50,169 bases of DNA from Chloroflexota bacterium. GTDB taxonomy: Bacteria > Chloroflexota > Dehalococcoidia > JACVQG01. The notes under the pieces are model-generated. The model was not told the DNA's origin, ran no database searches, and saw only the letters and a list, made by a program, of their open reading frames with translations. This document shows, piece after piece, positions 35,472 through 44,321 of the stretch (positions are counted from its first letter, which is position 1; each line of letters begins with the position of its first letter). Where the stretch lies: the NCBI GenBank assembly GCA_016210545.1, contig JACQTY010000166.1, positions 1 to 50,169 of the forward strand. Reading direction: 5' to 3'. The position numbers and the translations under genes are program-made.

Positions 35472-36467
35472 ATGAACGACATCTGCCTCCGCATCCACGG
35501 TCTTAACGTCAGCTATGACGGGCACACGGCCCTCAAGAATATATATCTTGACATCCCGCACCGGCAGATCACCGCCATCATCGGGCCATCGGGCTGCGGC
35601 AAAACGACCCTGCTCCGGTCCATTAACCGGCTGATAGACCTCACCGACGGGGCCAAGATCCGCGGCGAGATATGGCTGGACGGACACAACGTGATGAGCG
35701 ACAGGGAGGACGTCACCTCGATAAGGAAAAGGATAGGGCTGATCTCCCAGAAGCCATCCCCGTTGCCCATGTCCATATACGACAACGTGGCCTACGGCCC
35801 TCGCATCCACGGGATGCGGGATAGGAAAGAGCTGGACAAGACGGTGCGTAGCTGCCTGGAGACTGCCGGGCTGTGGACCGAGGTGAAGGACAGGCTCCAG
35901 TCACCGGCAACCAGGCTATCGGTGGGGCAACAGCAACGTCTGTGTCTGGCCCGGAGCCTGGCCGTCAGGCCTGAGGTCCTCTTGTGCGACGAGCCTACAT
36001 CGGCGCTCGACCCGGTGTCGTCGCAGAACATCGAGAATAGGCTCATCGAACTCAAAAAGGACTACACCATCGTGATAGTCACCCATAACATCCACCAGGC
36101 GATGAGGCTCGCCGATTACGTCGTCCATCTCTATCTGGGCGAACTGGTGGAACACGGCCCGGCCAGCGAGGTGTTCCAGAGGCCCAAGCAGGACCGCACC
36201 CGGGCCTATATCAACGGCACTGTCCTTACGAAGCCACGGACCGACGTTGAGATCAACCTGAAGGGGAAGGTGTGCCCCTTGAATTTCGTCTTCGCCAAAG
36301 CGGCGCTGGAGAACCTGGAGATCGGGCAGGTGCTCAAGGTAATAGTCGACTACCCGACGGCGATAACCGAGGTGCCCCGGGCCATGGAGTACGATGGCCA
36401 TAAGGTGCTGGGGGTGAAGCAGCTTAACGAGACCGATTGGGAGGTAATCATACAGAAACGAGAATAG
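35472..36467 (+). CDS. pstB: PstB-like ABC ATPase fused to a C-terminal TusA/SirA sulfur-carrier domain
   Basis: GPSGCGKTT, LSVGQQQRLCLAR, DEPTSALDP, VTHN; continues in frame into INLKGKVCPLNFVFAKAALE..GQVLKVIVD. Confidence 0.9.
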   Translation: MNDICLRIHGLNVSYDGHTALKNIYLDIPHRQITAIIGPSGCGKTTLLRSINRLIDLTDGAKIRGEIWLDGHNVMSDREDVTSIRKRIGLISQKPSPLPMSIYDNVAYGPRIHGMRDRKELDKTVRSCLETAGLWTEVKDRLQSPATRLSVGQQQRLCLARSLAVRPEVLLCDEPTSALDPVSSQNIENRLIELKKDYTIVIVTHNIHQAMRLADYVVHLYLGELVEHGPASEVFQRPKQDRTRAYINGTVLTKPRTDVEINLKGKVCPLNFVFAKAALENLEIGQVLKVIVDYPTAITEVPRAMEYDGHKVLGVKQLNETDWEVIIQKRE

Positions 36468-36559
36468 GGACCACCGTAGCCTCTCCCCCATGGGAGAGGG
36501 AATCCCACCCGCCTCTTGTGCGGCGCCAACATGAAGATGGAAAGGAAGGTCAAGGTCAA

Positions 36560-37285
36560 TTGAGAGACAATGTTAGCCTGGAAGAACTGAAGGAGTTGGT
36601 CAACGGCCTGAACTTCGCCGAGAAGGTCGACCGCTCCCTGAGACTCATCGATGAGGCATACAAGGAGTACGGCGACCGCCTGGTGGTCGCCAACAGCCTG
36701 GGCAAGGACTCCGTGGCAGTATGGCACCTGGCCAAGCGGGTGTCGCCGGAGATCCGCGGCTTCATAGTCACCACCCGCTACAAGCCAAAGGAGACCGTGG
36801 AGTTCATGAACCGGGAGGTCACCCGCTATCCGGAGTTGAAGGTGTTCCGTAACGACGCGCCGATACCGGAAGAGCTTTACCGCACCGACCCCGACCGCTG
36901 CTGCGACGTGCTCAAGGTGCAGCCGGTGCAGTGGGCCATAGAGCAGATGAACGTCGGCTGCTGGGTAACCGGGCTGCGCTGCACCGAGGGCAGGACCCGC
37001 ACCGACTACCGCGAGATCGAGGAGCGGGACGAGGGGCTCATCAAGCTGAACCCCATCCTGCTGTGGCATGAGCGCGAGGTGTGGCAGTACCTGGCCATCA
37101 ACCAGGTGCCGGTCAACCCACTGTACGCCAAAGGGTATCGCTCGCTAGGCTGTCTGCCGTGCACCCGCATCACCAACGACGCCAATGAGCGCGCCGGTCG
37201 CTGGGTGGGTACCAGCAAGTGCGGCGGCGAGTGCGGCATTCATACCCGTCCCTTGAAGGTCGGCGCTTCAAGTCAAAGGAGCTAG
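36560..37285 (+). CDS. cysH: APS/PAPS reductase, [4Fe-4S] (APS-reductase) type
   Basis: SLGKDS, RCCDVLK, WVTGLR, GYRSLGCLPCT, ERAGRW, GECGIH. Confidence 0.92.
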   Translation: MRDNVSLEELKELVNGLNFAEKVDRSLRLIDEAYKEYGDRLVVANSLGKDSVAVWHLAKRVSPEIRGFIVTTRYKPKETVEFMNREVTRYPELKVFRNDAPIPEELYRTDPDRCCDVLKVQPVQWAIEQMNVGCWVTGLRCTEGRTRTDYREIEERDEGLIKLNPILLWHEREVWQYLAINQVPVNPLYAKGYRSLGCLPCTRITNDANERAGRWVGTSKCGGECGIHTRPLKVGASSQRS

Positions 37286-37287
37286 CT

Positions 37288-37623
37288 TTGCAGTTGGACA
37301 AGGTTCGCGAATGGCTGCCTTTTTTCCGGGGGCACGGCATCTGCTCCAAATGTCACCTTCGTGTGGAGTTCACCGGCGTCCCTCCGGGGAATCCCGCCGA
37401 AGAACTCATAGCAAAGGTAGCTGGCAGCCGCAGGTCGGTGTCGTTGCACTGGCTGGAGGAGCGGCTGGCCGATGCCCTCTACTATGCCGAACTGGACAAG
37501 GGCGGCGGGGTGAACGACATCGGAGTGTGGGGCTGCGCTGTGTTCTGCAAGGAGTCGGCCCGAATGATAGGGGAGATGCGACCGGAGTTTGCCGTGGTGC
37601 GAGACGCAAACTCCGGTCACTAG
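37288..37623 (+). CDS. Hypothetical protein, last gene of the operon
   Basis: AAGGAG RBS 6 nt before TTG, immediately after cysH; contains CSKC. Confidence 0.6.
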   Translation: MQLDKVREWLPFFRGHGICSKCHLRVEFTGVPPGNPAEELIAKVAGSRRSVSLHWLEERLADALYYAELDKGGGVNDIGVWGCAVFCKESARMIGEMRPEFAVVRDANSGH

Positions 37624-37662
37624 GGGCGCGGCGCGCCGCGCCCGCGTCGCCCGGGGGCAAAA

Positions 37663-37701
37663 CGAAAGCCCACCTTCTTGAGAAGGTGGGCTTTCTCATT
37701 T
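37663..37701 (+). terminator. Intrinsic terminator of the yezD-pst-cysH operon
   Basis: GAAAGCCCACCTTCT-TG-AGAAGGTGGGCTTTC followed by TCATTT. Confidence 0.8.
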
Positions 37702-37811
37702 CCGGTCACCCCGACTATGTCGCTCGGGGGTTGGCGGGTTCCGCTTCGCTTCACCTTGCCCTCTACAACTGATTATCAACGGAACGCCCGTTGGCGCCCC
37801 CTCTCTCTATG

Positions 37812-37924
37812 ACTCTCTCCCTCGCTCCGCGCGACGGAGTGTTCGATGGGGGCGAGAGAAAACCCTGCGCCCCGGCATCTCCGCGCCCTCTGCGGTGATA
37901 GCCTGTGGCTGATGGACACGGGCC
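37812..37924 (+). repeat. Imperfect direct repeat, copy 1 (copy 2 at 39375-39475), flanking the S8 peptidase gene
   Basis: Shared blocks ACTCTCTCCCTC, CGAGAGAAAA, CCCCGGCATCTC, AGCCTG.GGCT.ATGGACACGGGCC. Confidence 0.75.
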
Positions 37925-37939
37925 AACCTCGGCCCGCCT

Positions 37940-39112
37940 CTACTTGACAGCTTCGAACGCGTTCACCCTCCCCAGATTCGAGGTGAAACCCACGACGGGA
38001 TTGGTAGAAGCCAACACGTGACTCTTCACCTGGACGTTAGTCCAGTCCGGATGCATGGCAAACAAAAGGGCGATTGTCCCCGCCACATGCGGCGCCGCCA
38101 TGGAAGTGCCGGTAAGATAGCCGTAGTTTCTCAGTCCCATGAGGTTCTCATGGTTGGGAAAGGTTGAAAAGATGTCAACGCCGGGGGCGGCCACGTCTAC
38201 CCAGTCTCCGAAGTTAGAGAAAAACGCTTTGACATCGTTGGGGTCAGTAGCGGCCACGGCAATAACATTATCGTAAGAGGCGGGATATACAGGAGAAGAA
38301 CTATTATCGTTTCCGGCCGCTGCTACCAGGACCGCCCCCTTGCTCCAAGCATAGTTTATGGCGCTTTCCAGGGTGCTGGACGTGGCGCTCCCAACGAAGC
38401 TCATGTTGATTACCTTAGCGCCTTGGTCCGCCGCGTAGACTATGCCCTGGGCAATGGAGCTGTGATTTCCCGAACCGCCGTCGTCCAGCACCTTTATATT
38501 CACTAGAGCGGAATCGAAGGCCACCCCTGCCACGCCTTTGCCGTTGTTGGTGGCCGCGGCGGCAATTCCGGCCACGTGTGTGCCATGGCCGAAGAGATCA
38601 TCAACACTGCTGGCGGTGGTGAAGTTCTTGTTGTCCACTATCTTCCCCTTGATGTCGTCATGGTCCTGGTCAATGCCACTGTCCAGAATGGCGATTTTCA
38701 CGTCCCGACTACCTGTGATCAGGTCCCATGCCTCCGGAGCCTGTATTCTGGATATTCCCCATTGCAGGCCAAAAGACACGTCGGTGGAAGTGAGCATCGC
38801 GTGAGCCACGTAGTCCAACTCGGCGAAGGCTACTTCTGGCTCCTTGCCATAATCGTCCCTTTTCCTCTTGGACTCGCCCTTGCCTACCTGTACCACTTGC
38901 ACATCGACGCCGGGGACCACCTGCACCACCCTGCCGCCGTGCTTCCCATGGACCTTTCCTTTGGTAACCTCATCCGTCCCACGGCGAAACTTCACCAGTA
39001 TTTGCCCGGAGTCAAATTCATCCGGGCCTATCTGGCTTTGGCCAGAAGCGGTTACGGGAAGGAGAAGTACAGCTACGAGTACAACTGCCGTCACCCAATA
39101 CCTTCCCCGCAC
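37940..39112 (-). CDS. Secreted S8 subtilisin-like (thermitase-like) serine peptidase
   Basis: Signal peptide and propeptide; AILDSG, HGTHVAG, AAAGN, GTSMAAPHVAG. Confidence 0.95.
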   Translation of the reverse strand: MRGRYWVTAVVLVAVLLLPVTASGQSQIGPDEFDSGQILVKFRRGTDEVTKGKVHGKHGGRVVQVVPGVDVQVVQVGKGESKRKRDDYGKEPEVAFAELDYVAHAMLTSTDVSFGLQWGISRIQAPEAWDLITGSRDVKIAILDSGIDQDHDDIKGKIVDNKNFTTASSVDDLFGHGTHVAGIAAAATNNGKGVAGVAFDSALVNIKVLDDGGSGNHSSIAQGIVYAADQGAKVINMSFVGSATSSTLESAINYAWSKGAVLVAAAGNDNSSSPVYPASYDNVIAVAATDPNDVKAFFSNFGDWVDVAAPGVDIFSTFPNHENLMGLRNYGYLTGTSMAAPHVAGTIALLFAMHPDWTNVQVKSHVLASTNPVVGFTSNLGRVNAFEAVK

Positions 39113-39236
39113 GGAAGTCTCCTTTTACAACATCTGTTCGCTAACTTTCAGCCCAGGTTGGCGGACAATAAATGCTTTCTCGGCGACCGGCCAGCGCCTC
39201 ATTTATTAATACTAATAGTTAGCATTACCTATTAAG

Positions 39237-39265
39237 ATTGTACAGCATCTCTCTTTGGGAGTCAA
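39237..39265 (-). promoter_or_regulatory. Promoter of the S8 peptidase
   Basis: TTGACT-17-TACAAT on the minus strand. Confidence 0.65.
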
Positions 39266-39374
39266 TAGTAGCACATAGTCACCCCGATACGGACAGGTCA
39301 CTACATCGAGGGGTTTGGGCTCCCCGTTTCGATTGGAGATCCGTTCGCGGGAGGGTCTTCGCAGGGCATGCCTA

Positions 39375-39475
39375 ACTCTCTCCCTCATAAGGACGAGAGA
39401 AAATCCTCCCCTCCCCGGCATCTCTGCGCTGTCCGCGGCCTCCGCGTGAGAGCCTGCGGCTTATGGACACGGGCC
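39375..39475 (+). repeat. Imperfect direct repeat, copy 2; includes the -35 of the downstream gene
   Basis: Matches 37812-37924; TGGACA-18-TAAACT then GTG 39501. Confidence 0.75.
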
Positions 39476-39500
39476 GCCCCCACCAACTAAACTATAAGCT

Positions 39501-40325
39501 GTGGCCAGAAGAACCCGCCCTCGCTTGACCCCCATCGGGACCTCCGAAGCCTGCCTTGACGGCCGGGTCGTTACTTACTGCATCAAGCGCAGCCCCCGGG
39601 CCTGTCGAGTCCGGCTGGAGGTCAGGTCGGACACGGGCCTGACAGTGGTGATCCCCCGGGCTTATCAAATACGTGACCTCCCTGACGTGCTTCAGCAGAA
39701 GAAACGCTGGATCCTGGGCAAGCTGGCGGAGAGCGCCAGGGCCAGGACTGCCGCCAGCGGGGGACTCCGACACGGCGATGCCGTTCCATACCTGGGCCGG
39801 GAGCTGCAGGTGGTCCAACTGCCCCGTTCCGAGGGTCTTCGACACGAGGACCCGGCCTGGCTCGGCGTCCGCCTGGAAGGTGACAGGCTCGCCGTCAGCT
39901 GTCCCGATTTGTCGGGACCCGGAGATGCGGCGCTCGGCTCTATGGTGGAGAGATGGTACCGGGCGCAAGCTCTGAACATAGTTAGCCGGAAGGTGGAGGA
40001 GGCGAGCCGGGTGGTTGGGGTGGACATCTGCCGCATCACCGTCCGGGAGCAGCGGACCCGGTGGGGTAGCTGCTCTCGGAAGGGAAACCTGAGTTTCAAT
40101 TGGAAGCTGCTTATGGCGCCGGAGCCGGTGATGGACTACGTCGTCATCCACGAGCTTTGCCATCTGAAGGAGATGAACCACAGCAAGCGGTTCTGGCAGG
40201 TGGTGGCCCGCTACTGTCCCCGGTGGCGGGAGCACAAGAAGTGGCTGCGCGACCATGGGGTGGAACTGGCAGCCGCCGGTGAAACCCTAAATCCGAAGCT
40301 CCAAACCTCAAACCAACCTCAATAG
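39501..40325 (+). CDS. YgjP/DUF45 (SprT-like) zinc metallopeptidase-family protein
   Basis: RTRWGSCS, DYVVIHELCHL..NHS..FW. Confidence 0.9.
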   Translation: MARRTRPRLTPIGTSEACLDGRVVTYCIKRSPRACRVRLEVRSDTGLTVVIPRAYQIRDLPDVLQQKKRWILGKLAESARARTAASGGLRHGDAVPYLGRELQVVQLPRSEGLRHEDPAWLGVRLEGDRLAVSCPDLSGPGDAALGSMVERWYRAQALNIVSRKVEEASRVVGVDICRITVREQRTRWGSCSRKGNLSFNWKLLMAPEPVMDYVVIHELCHLKEMNHSKRFWQVVARYCPRWREHKKWLRDHGVELAAAGETLNPKLQTSNQPQ

Positions 40326-40370
40326 CGGCGCCCGGATTAGTTTGAAATTTGGTGCTTGGTGTTTGGAGCT

Positions 40371-41210
40371 TCACTTCTCTATTGGCGCCCCTACCAGATT
40401 GCCCCACTCGTTCCAGGAGCCGTCGTATACTCGCACCTCACTGTTGCCCAGTACGTACTTGAGAACGAACCAGGAGTGAGAGGCGCGCACCCCCAGACGG
40501 CAGTAGGTAATGACTTCTTTGTCTCTGGTGATGCCCAGCGACCGGTATAGTTGCTCCAGATCCTCCAGAGACTTGAACGACCCATCCTCCTTGAGGGCTT
40601 CTTCCCAGGGACGGTGGGCAGCGCCGGGGATGTGGCCCAGCCGCCGTATGCCGGTCTGCGGATGCTCGGGGTGGTCCCGGCCCTCGAACTCCTCTCGCGT
40701 GCGGACGTCGAGTAGCGCAACCGATGGCTTGCCGATAACGCGCAGCACCTCCTCGCGAGTAGCCCGCACGGAAGGGTCAGTCCCTTGGACCTGATAGCGG
40801 GTGGGCGTGACCGAGGTCCTTTTCCGGGTCAGTGGCCGCCCCTCCTTCTCCCATTTTTTCTTGCCGCCGTTGAGCAGTCGCACGTCCTTGTGCCCGAACA
40901 GCTTCATGACGAAGAAGGCCCACGTGGCGTGGCGGTTAAGGCCATCGCCATAGAGTACGACGGCGCTGTCTTCAGCGATGCCCGACCTGGACATAAGGGC
41001 CGAGAACTGCTCCTGGGACGGGACATCGGCCCGTACCGGGTGCTCCAGGTCCTGCTCCCGCTCCCACCCTACCGCCCCGGGGATATGTCCTCGCAGATAC
41101 TCGGAGACGTTTCCGTTCACCTCCACCACGCGAAGGCCGGGGTCATCGAGATGGCGGGCCAGCCATTCCGTCTCTACGATAGCCTCCGGATGTGCATAGC
41201 GGGTCGACAT
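40371..41210 (-). CDS. Tandem-domain rhodanese sulfurtransferase (SseA/TST-like)
   Basis: GHIPGA twice, LLNGG..KW, active-site YCRLGVRA, YDGSWNEWG. Confidence 0.93.
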   Translation of the reverse strand: MSTRYAHPEAIVETEWLARHLDDPGLRVVEVNGNVSEYLRGHIPGAVGWEREQDLEHPVRADVPSQEQFSALMSRSGIAEDSAVVLYGDGLNRHATWAFFVMKLFGHKDVRLLNGGKKKWEKEGRPLTRKRTSVTPTRYQVQGTDPSVRATREEVLRVIGKPSVALLDVRTREEFEGRDHPEHPQTGIRRLGHIPGAAHRPWEEALKEDGSFKSLEDLEQLYRSLGITRDKEVITYCRLGVRASHSWFVLKYVLGNSEVRVYDGSWNEWGNLVGAPIEK

Positions 41211-41285
41211 GGCACGCCTCCCTTTACATTGCCCTTCCGGGGACCCAGCTTCACTCCAGCCACCCGTCGATCGTTGATGGTGGCA

Positions 41286-42515
41286 TTACGGGGCGCGGTG
41301 TTGCACGGGGCCTCCCCCTTGCCTCACAAGGGGAGAATGCCGCCGGACTCTAATCAGCCACAGCGCCGCCGCCGCCGCTGTCACCAGCAGGGCGAACAGG
41401 GCCATCGTCCCGAAGCCGGAAGTGTAAGAGCCGGTGACGTCGCGGCTCAGGCCCACAAGTTGAGGCCCGACGGCGACCCCAACGTTGTTTACAGTGGACA
41501 CGATTCCGAACCCCAGTCCCAGCCGCTCCGGCCTGACCACGTCCGGCGCCAGCGAGAAAACGGCAACCGGGACAAGCGCGGCAGCAACTCCGATTGCCGC
41601 CATGAGAAGCACCATACGGTCTGTGCCGCCGGGCACCAGGACCAGGAGCAAAGCCATGCCCAGCCCACCCGCCGCGATGAACGCTTCTTTGCGTCCTACC
41701 TTGTCGATAAGGTACCCGATGGCCGGGCCCAGGACCAGGGAGCCTACCATGAGCAGGCTGACGTTGAAGCCGGCGGAGGTCAGGTCCAGGCCCTGGCCCA
41801 CCATGAAGTCCGGAGCGAAGGTGAACAGGGCTATGAACGAGGCGTTGAATAGCCCCCAGGCCAGTCCCACCAGCCAGATGGGAAGCCCGTCTCTACCTAT
41901 GTCGGAAATGCTCCACTTTGTCTTCGGCCCGCCGTGGGCGCCTGCGGCGGATGGCGGCGAGAAGAACAGGGTAAAAACGATGAGGGCCGCCACGCTGACC
42001 GCCACTGTTACCCAGATACTGGACCTCCATCCTGAACCGGCGGCCATCGCCGCCAGGGCGTTCAGGGTAAAAATCGTTCCTACCGGCATGGCGGTGTTGA
42101 ACACCCCCATGGCTGTACCCGTCTCCTTGTTCATGAAGCACTGGGCTATGGCCTGGGGGCAAATGATTACCAGGCTCAAGGCGCCGATGCCGGCGATCAA
42201 CCTGCCCGCTGCCAGTAGCGCGAACGTTGGACCGGTGGCAACCATTACCGAGCCCGCGATGGTAAGCGCCAGACATACAACGCCTACTCGTTTGATGCCC
42301 ACCCGGTCGGCGAGGATGCCGACTGGCAAAGAGATGATTACGCCAGGCAGCGCAAACAGGCTCATGAGGAGCCCGGCTTGCTGGTACGAGATGTCGAACT
42401 CCTGGATGATGAGGCTCAGCACGGGGGGAATTGACTGGAAGACCAGCGCGAAGGCCAGCATGCACAGGTACATTATCGCCAGGACGGCCCAGCGGGAGGG
42501 GTTTCTATCTTGCAT
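41286..42515 (-). CDS. MFS transporter (CynX/NimT-like)
   Basis: About 12 TM helices; GILADRVGIKR and GYLIDKVGRK motif A copies; GAGGA RBS before MQDRNP. Confidence 0.9.
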   Translation of the reverse strand: MQDRNPSRWAVLAIMYLCMLAFALVFQSIPPVLSLIIQEFDISYQQAGLLMSLFALPGVIISLPVGILADRVGIKRVGVVCLALTIAGSVMVATGPTFALLAAGRLIAGIGALSLVIICPQAIAQCFMNKETGTAMGVFNTAMPVGTIFTLNALAAMAAGSGWRSSIWVTVAVSVAALIVFTLFFSPPSAAGAHGGPKTKWSISDIGRDGLPIWLVGLAWGLFNASFIALFTFAPDFMVGQGLDLTSAGFNVSLLMVGSLVLGPAIGYLIDKVGRKEAFIAAGGLGMALLLVLVPGGTDRMVLLMAAIGVAAALVPVAVFSLAPDVVRPERLGLGFGIVSTVNNVGVAVGPQLVGLSRDVTGSYTSGFGTMALFALLVTAAAAALWLIRVRRHSPLVRQGGGPVQHRAP

Positions 42516-42718
42516 CGGTCCTCTTGCTGAAATGGTCCACGCAGTCAGCGGTCCCCGAGCATGGCGCATCCGTCACCAGGGCAAGTCCCGGTCCGTTGGG
42601 ATGACGTCTCACCCCGCATTCTACCCGAACGCCTGTATCATGGCAAGGAACGGCGACGATTTCCACTTATTGCCGGAATACCCTATGATAGGAGGAACTA
42701 AGGAAAGGAGGTGTTGCA

Positions 42719-42874
42719 ATGAAACTGAACGTCAAGAAGGTAAATTGCCGGAGCTGCCGCCGGTTGGTGGCGGCGCGCGAAGAGAAGATAGCAAACGGCA
42801 ACGTGCGACTGCTGTGCATGAAGTGCGGCAATCCCGTGTACGAGTGGAATGGCGCAATCTGGCGGCCAATCTAA
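42719..42874 (+). CDS. Small (51 aa) zinc-finger protein, absent from the ORF track
   Basis: MKLNVKKVNCRSCRRLV...LLCMKCGNPVYEWNGAIWRPI; very strong RBS AAAGGAGGTG. Confidence 0.75.
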   Translation: MKLNVKKVNCRSCRRLVAAREEKIANGNVRLLCMKCGNPVYEWNGAIWRPI

Positions 42875-43050
42875 CAGGGTTCCTGACACGATGACCATTG
42901 TTACGTTTTGTTATGAATGCAGAGGTGCAGCGGGCCTCCAGCGGGCCAGGGTCTGCGGCGGCGGGCGTGGCCGTCGCCGCAGACCCACGGGGCAGATACG
43001 TGGGCAGGGCAGCGGTGAGCGGCGGGGCCCCCGCACGGGGAGATGATAAC

Positions 43051-43890
43051 ATGACGGACTTGGAACTGCAGAAGCCGAAGTTCTCGGAGAGAGACTTGGA
43101 CTTCGTCGTCGAGGGAGCGGCCCCAGAATTTAAGGATAAGACGAAGCTGAAACGTCTCATCACGGAAGACGAGGCTTTCAGAAAAGGTCTCGTGGGCGAT
43201 GAGAAGGTATTCAAGAAAGTGATGACGGAAGAAGATGCCTTTCTGAAGATTTCTCCGCCCCTGTATTTCGAGATACTGCTGAGAAAAGCGCTCAAGGAAC
43301 TGGAGAGGGCAAGCCACACCGTCGAAAGGACAGGGACTCAGGTTGTTGCCGTGTTTGACACCAAAGAAGTGGTGGAGCTTTTTGCACGGGAAGTCGTCGT
43401 CGATTACCTGGCGGAAATGATGTCGTCGTTTACCAGAGTTGAAAGCTATTCGATACCCGTCAGGGTAAGGGAAGGCACCTGGCGTAAGCTCAGATTCAAC
43501 GACATGGATATTGACAGCCTGACGAAGTTCGCTGAGGCGGTGGAAGAGGAGTACAGGTTCGGGTTCTACAAGAGGATAGCGGACGTCTGTCTCTTTACCC
43601 TGGGCGTATTCCCGGAATATGCCCACTTCGACTACCGTTATCCCTTCTCGGGAGAAGCGCGACCGGCGATCAGCGGCAGGGCGCGCCGGGGCATGGAGGA
43701 GTACGAGGAAGAGGGCAGGAAGTTCTACAAGCTGGCAGCGGACCACCGTTCGGCTGCCGACCTCGGCCTAACTGAGGTCATGGGGATCCTCCGGGACAAA
43801 CTCAACGTGGCCAAGAAGCCGCTGAATTTCGTTTCGGACCATTACCTGAACTACAAGAAAACGACCCTATTCGGGCTGGAGGCGCAGTGA
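43051..43890 (+). CDS. Conserved-looking hypothetical all-alpha protein
   Basis: Long ORF with coding-like codon bias; LYFEILLR, DYLAEM, KRIADVCLF..GVFPE; GGGGAG RBS. Confidence 0.75.
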   Translation: MTDLELQKPKFSERDLDFVVEGAAPEFKDKTKLKRLITEDEAFRKGLVGDEKVFKKVMTEEDAFLKISPPLYFEILLRKALKELERASHTVERTGTQVVAVFDTKEVVELFAREVVVDYLAEMMSSFTRVESYSIPVRVREGTWRKLRFNDMDIDSLTKFAEAVEEEYRFGFYKRIADVCLFTLGVFPEYAHFDYRYPFSGEARPAISGRARRGMEEYEEEGRKFYKLAADHRSAADLGLTEVMGILRDKLNVAKKPLNFVSDHYLNYKKTTLFGLEAQ

Positions 43891-43999
43891 ACGGGCGTCC
43901 CATGCTGACAATTCGGTCTCATTCTTGAAGAGGAATTTACCGAACAATCAAGTGAAATGCCTACGTGTCAGATCATTTAGGTAAGTACCCTCCAGCCTA

Positions 44000-44028
44000 T
44001 TGACAAGCAAGAAATCGTATGGTATATT
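44000..44028 (+). promoter_or_regulatory. Strong sigma70 promoter
   Basis: TTGACA-17-TATATT with extended TG. Confidence 0.7.
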
Positions 44029-44063
44029 TTGGTTTGTTAAATGCGTAACTGAGGGGTAACTAC

Positions 44064-44321
44064 ATGATTTCAACAATCACGACAACCACGGTCACCACGG
44101 TCACCACGGTAACTTCCGCTGTAGGGGTTAGCCCGATCGGAGCTTTCAGCCTCGTGTCGGCGCTCGCTCTGGTAGGCTATCTCTGTACAAGGGAAGTGCT
44201 GGGCGCCAAGCGAAACAAGGGTGGGTTTTCGGCTTCATTCCTGTATATTGGTGTGGTGCCGCTCAGCATTGCCTTCTCAGTTTGGGCCGTCGTAAAGGTC
44301 TTGTCTGCCGTTAGATTGTAA
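44064..44321 (+). CDS. Small Thr-rich N-terminus membrane protein
   Basis: MISTITTTTVTTVTTVTS followed by two TM helices; GAGGGG RBS. Confidence 0.8.
   Translation: MISTITTTTVTTVTTVTSAVGVSPIGAFSLVSALALVGYLCTREVLGAKRNKGGFSASFLYIGVVPLSIAFSVWAVVKVLSAVRL

Noticed and set aside
37700-37800. Possible T-box or c-di-AMP riboswitch on the minus strand
   Set aside because: Lacks the consensus motifs; GGCGGGTTCCGCTTCGCTTCACC...CTAC is a REP-like element.
42520-42625. Riboswitch in the MFS leader
   Set aside because: Only short GC-rich stems; no recognisable aptamer consensus.
42719-42874. Ribosomal protein L28/L33 assignment for the small zinc-finger ORF
   Set aside because: Cys spacing and sequence do not match those families.
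41485-42894. 469-aa plus-strand ORF
   Set aside because: Antisense shadow of the MFS transporter in GC-rich DNA.
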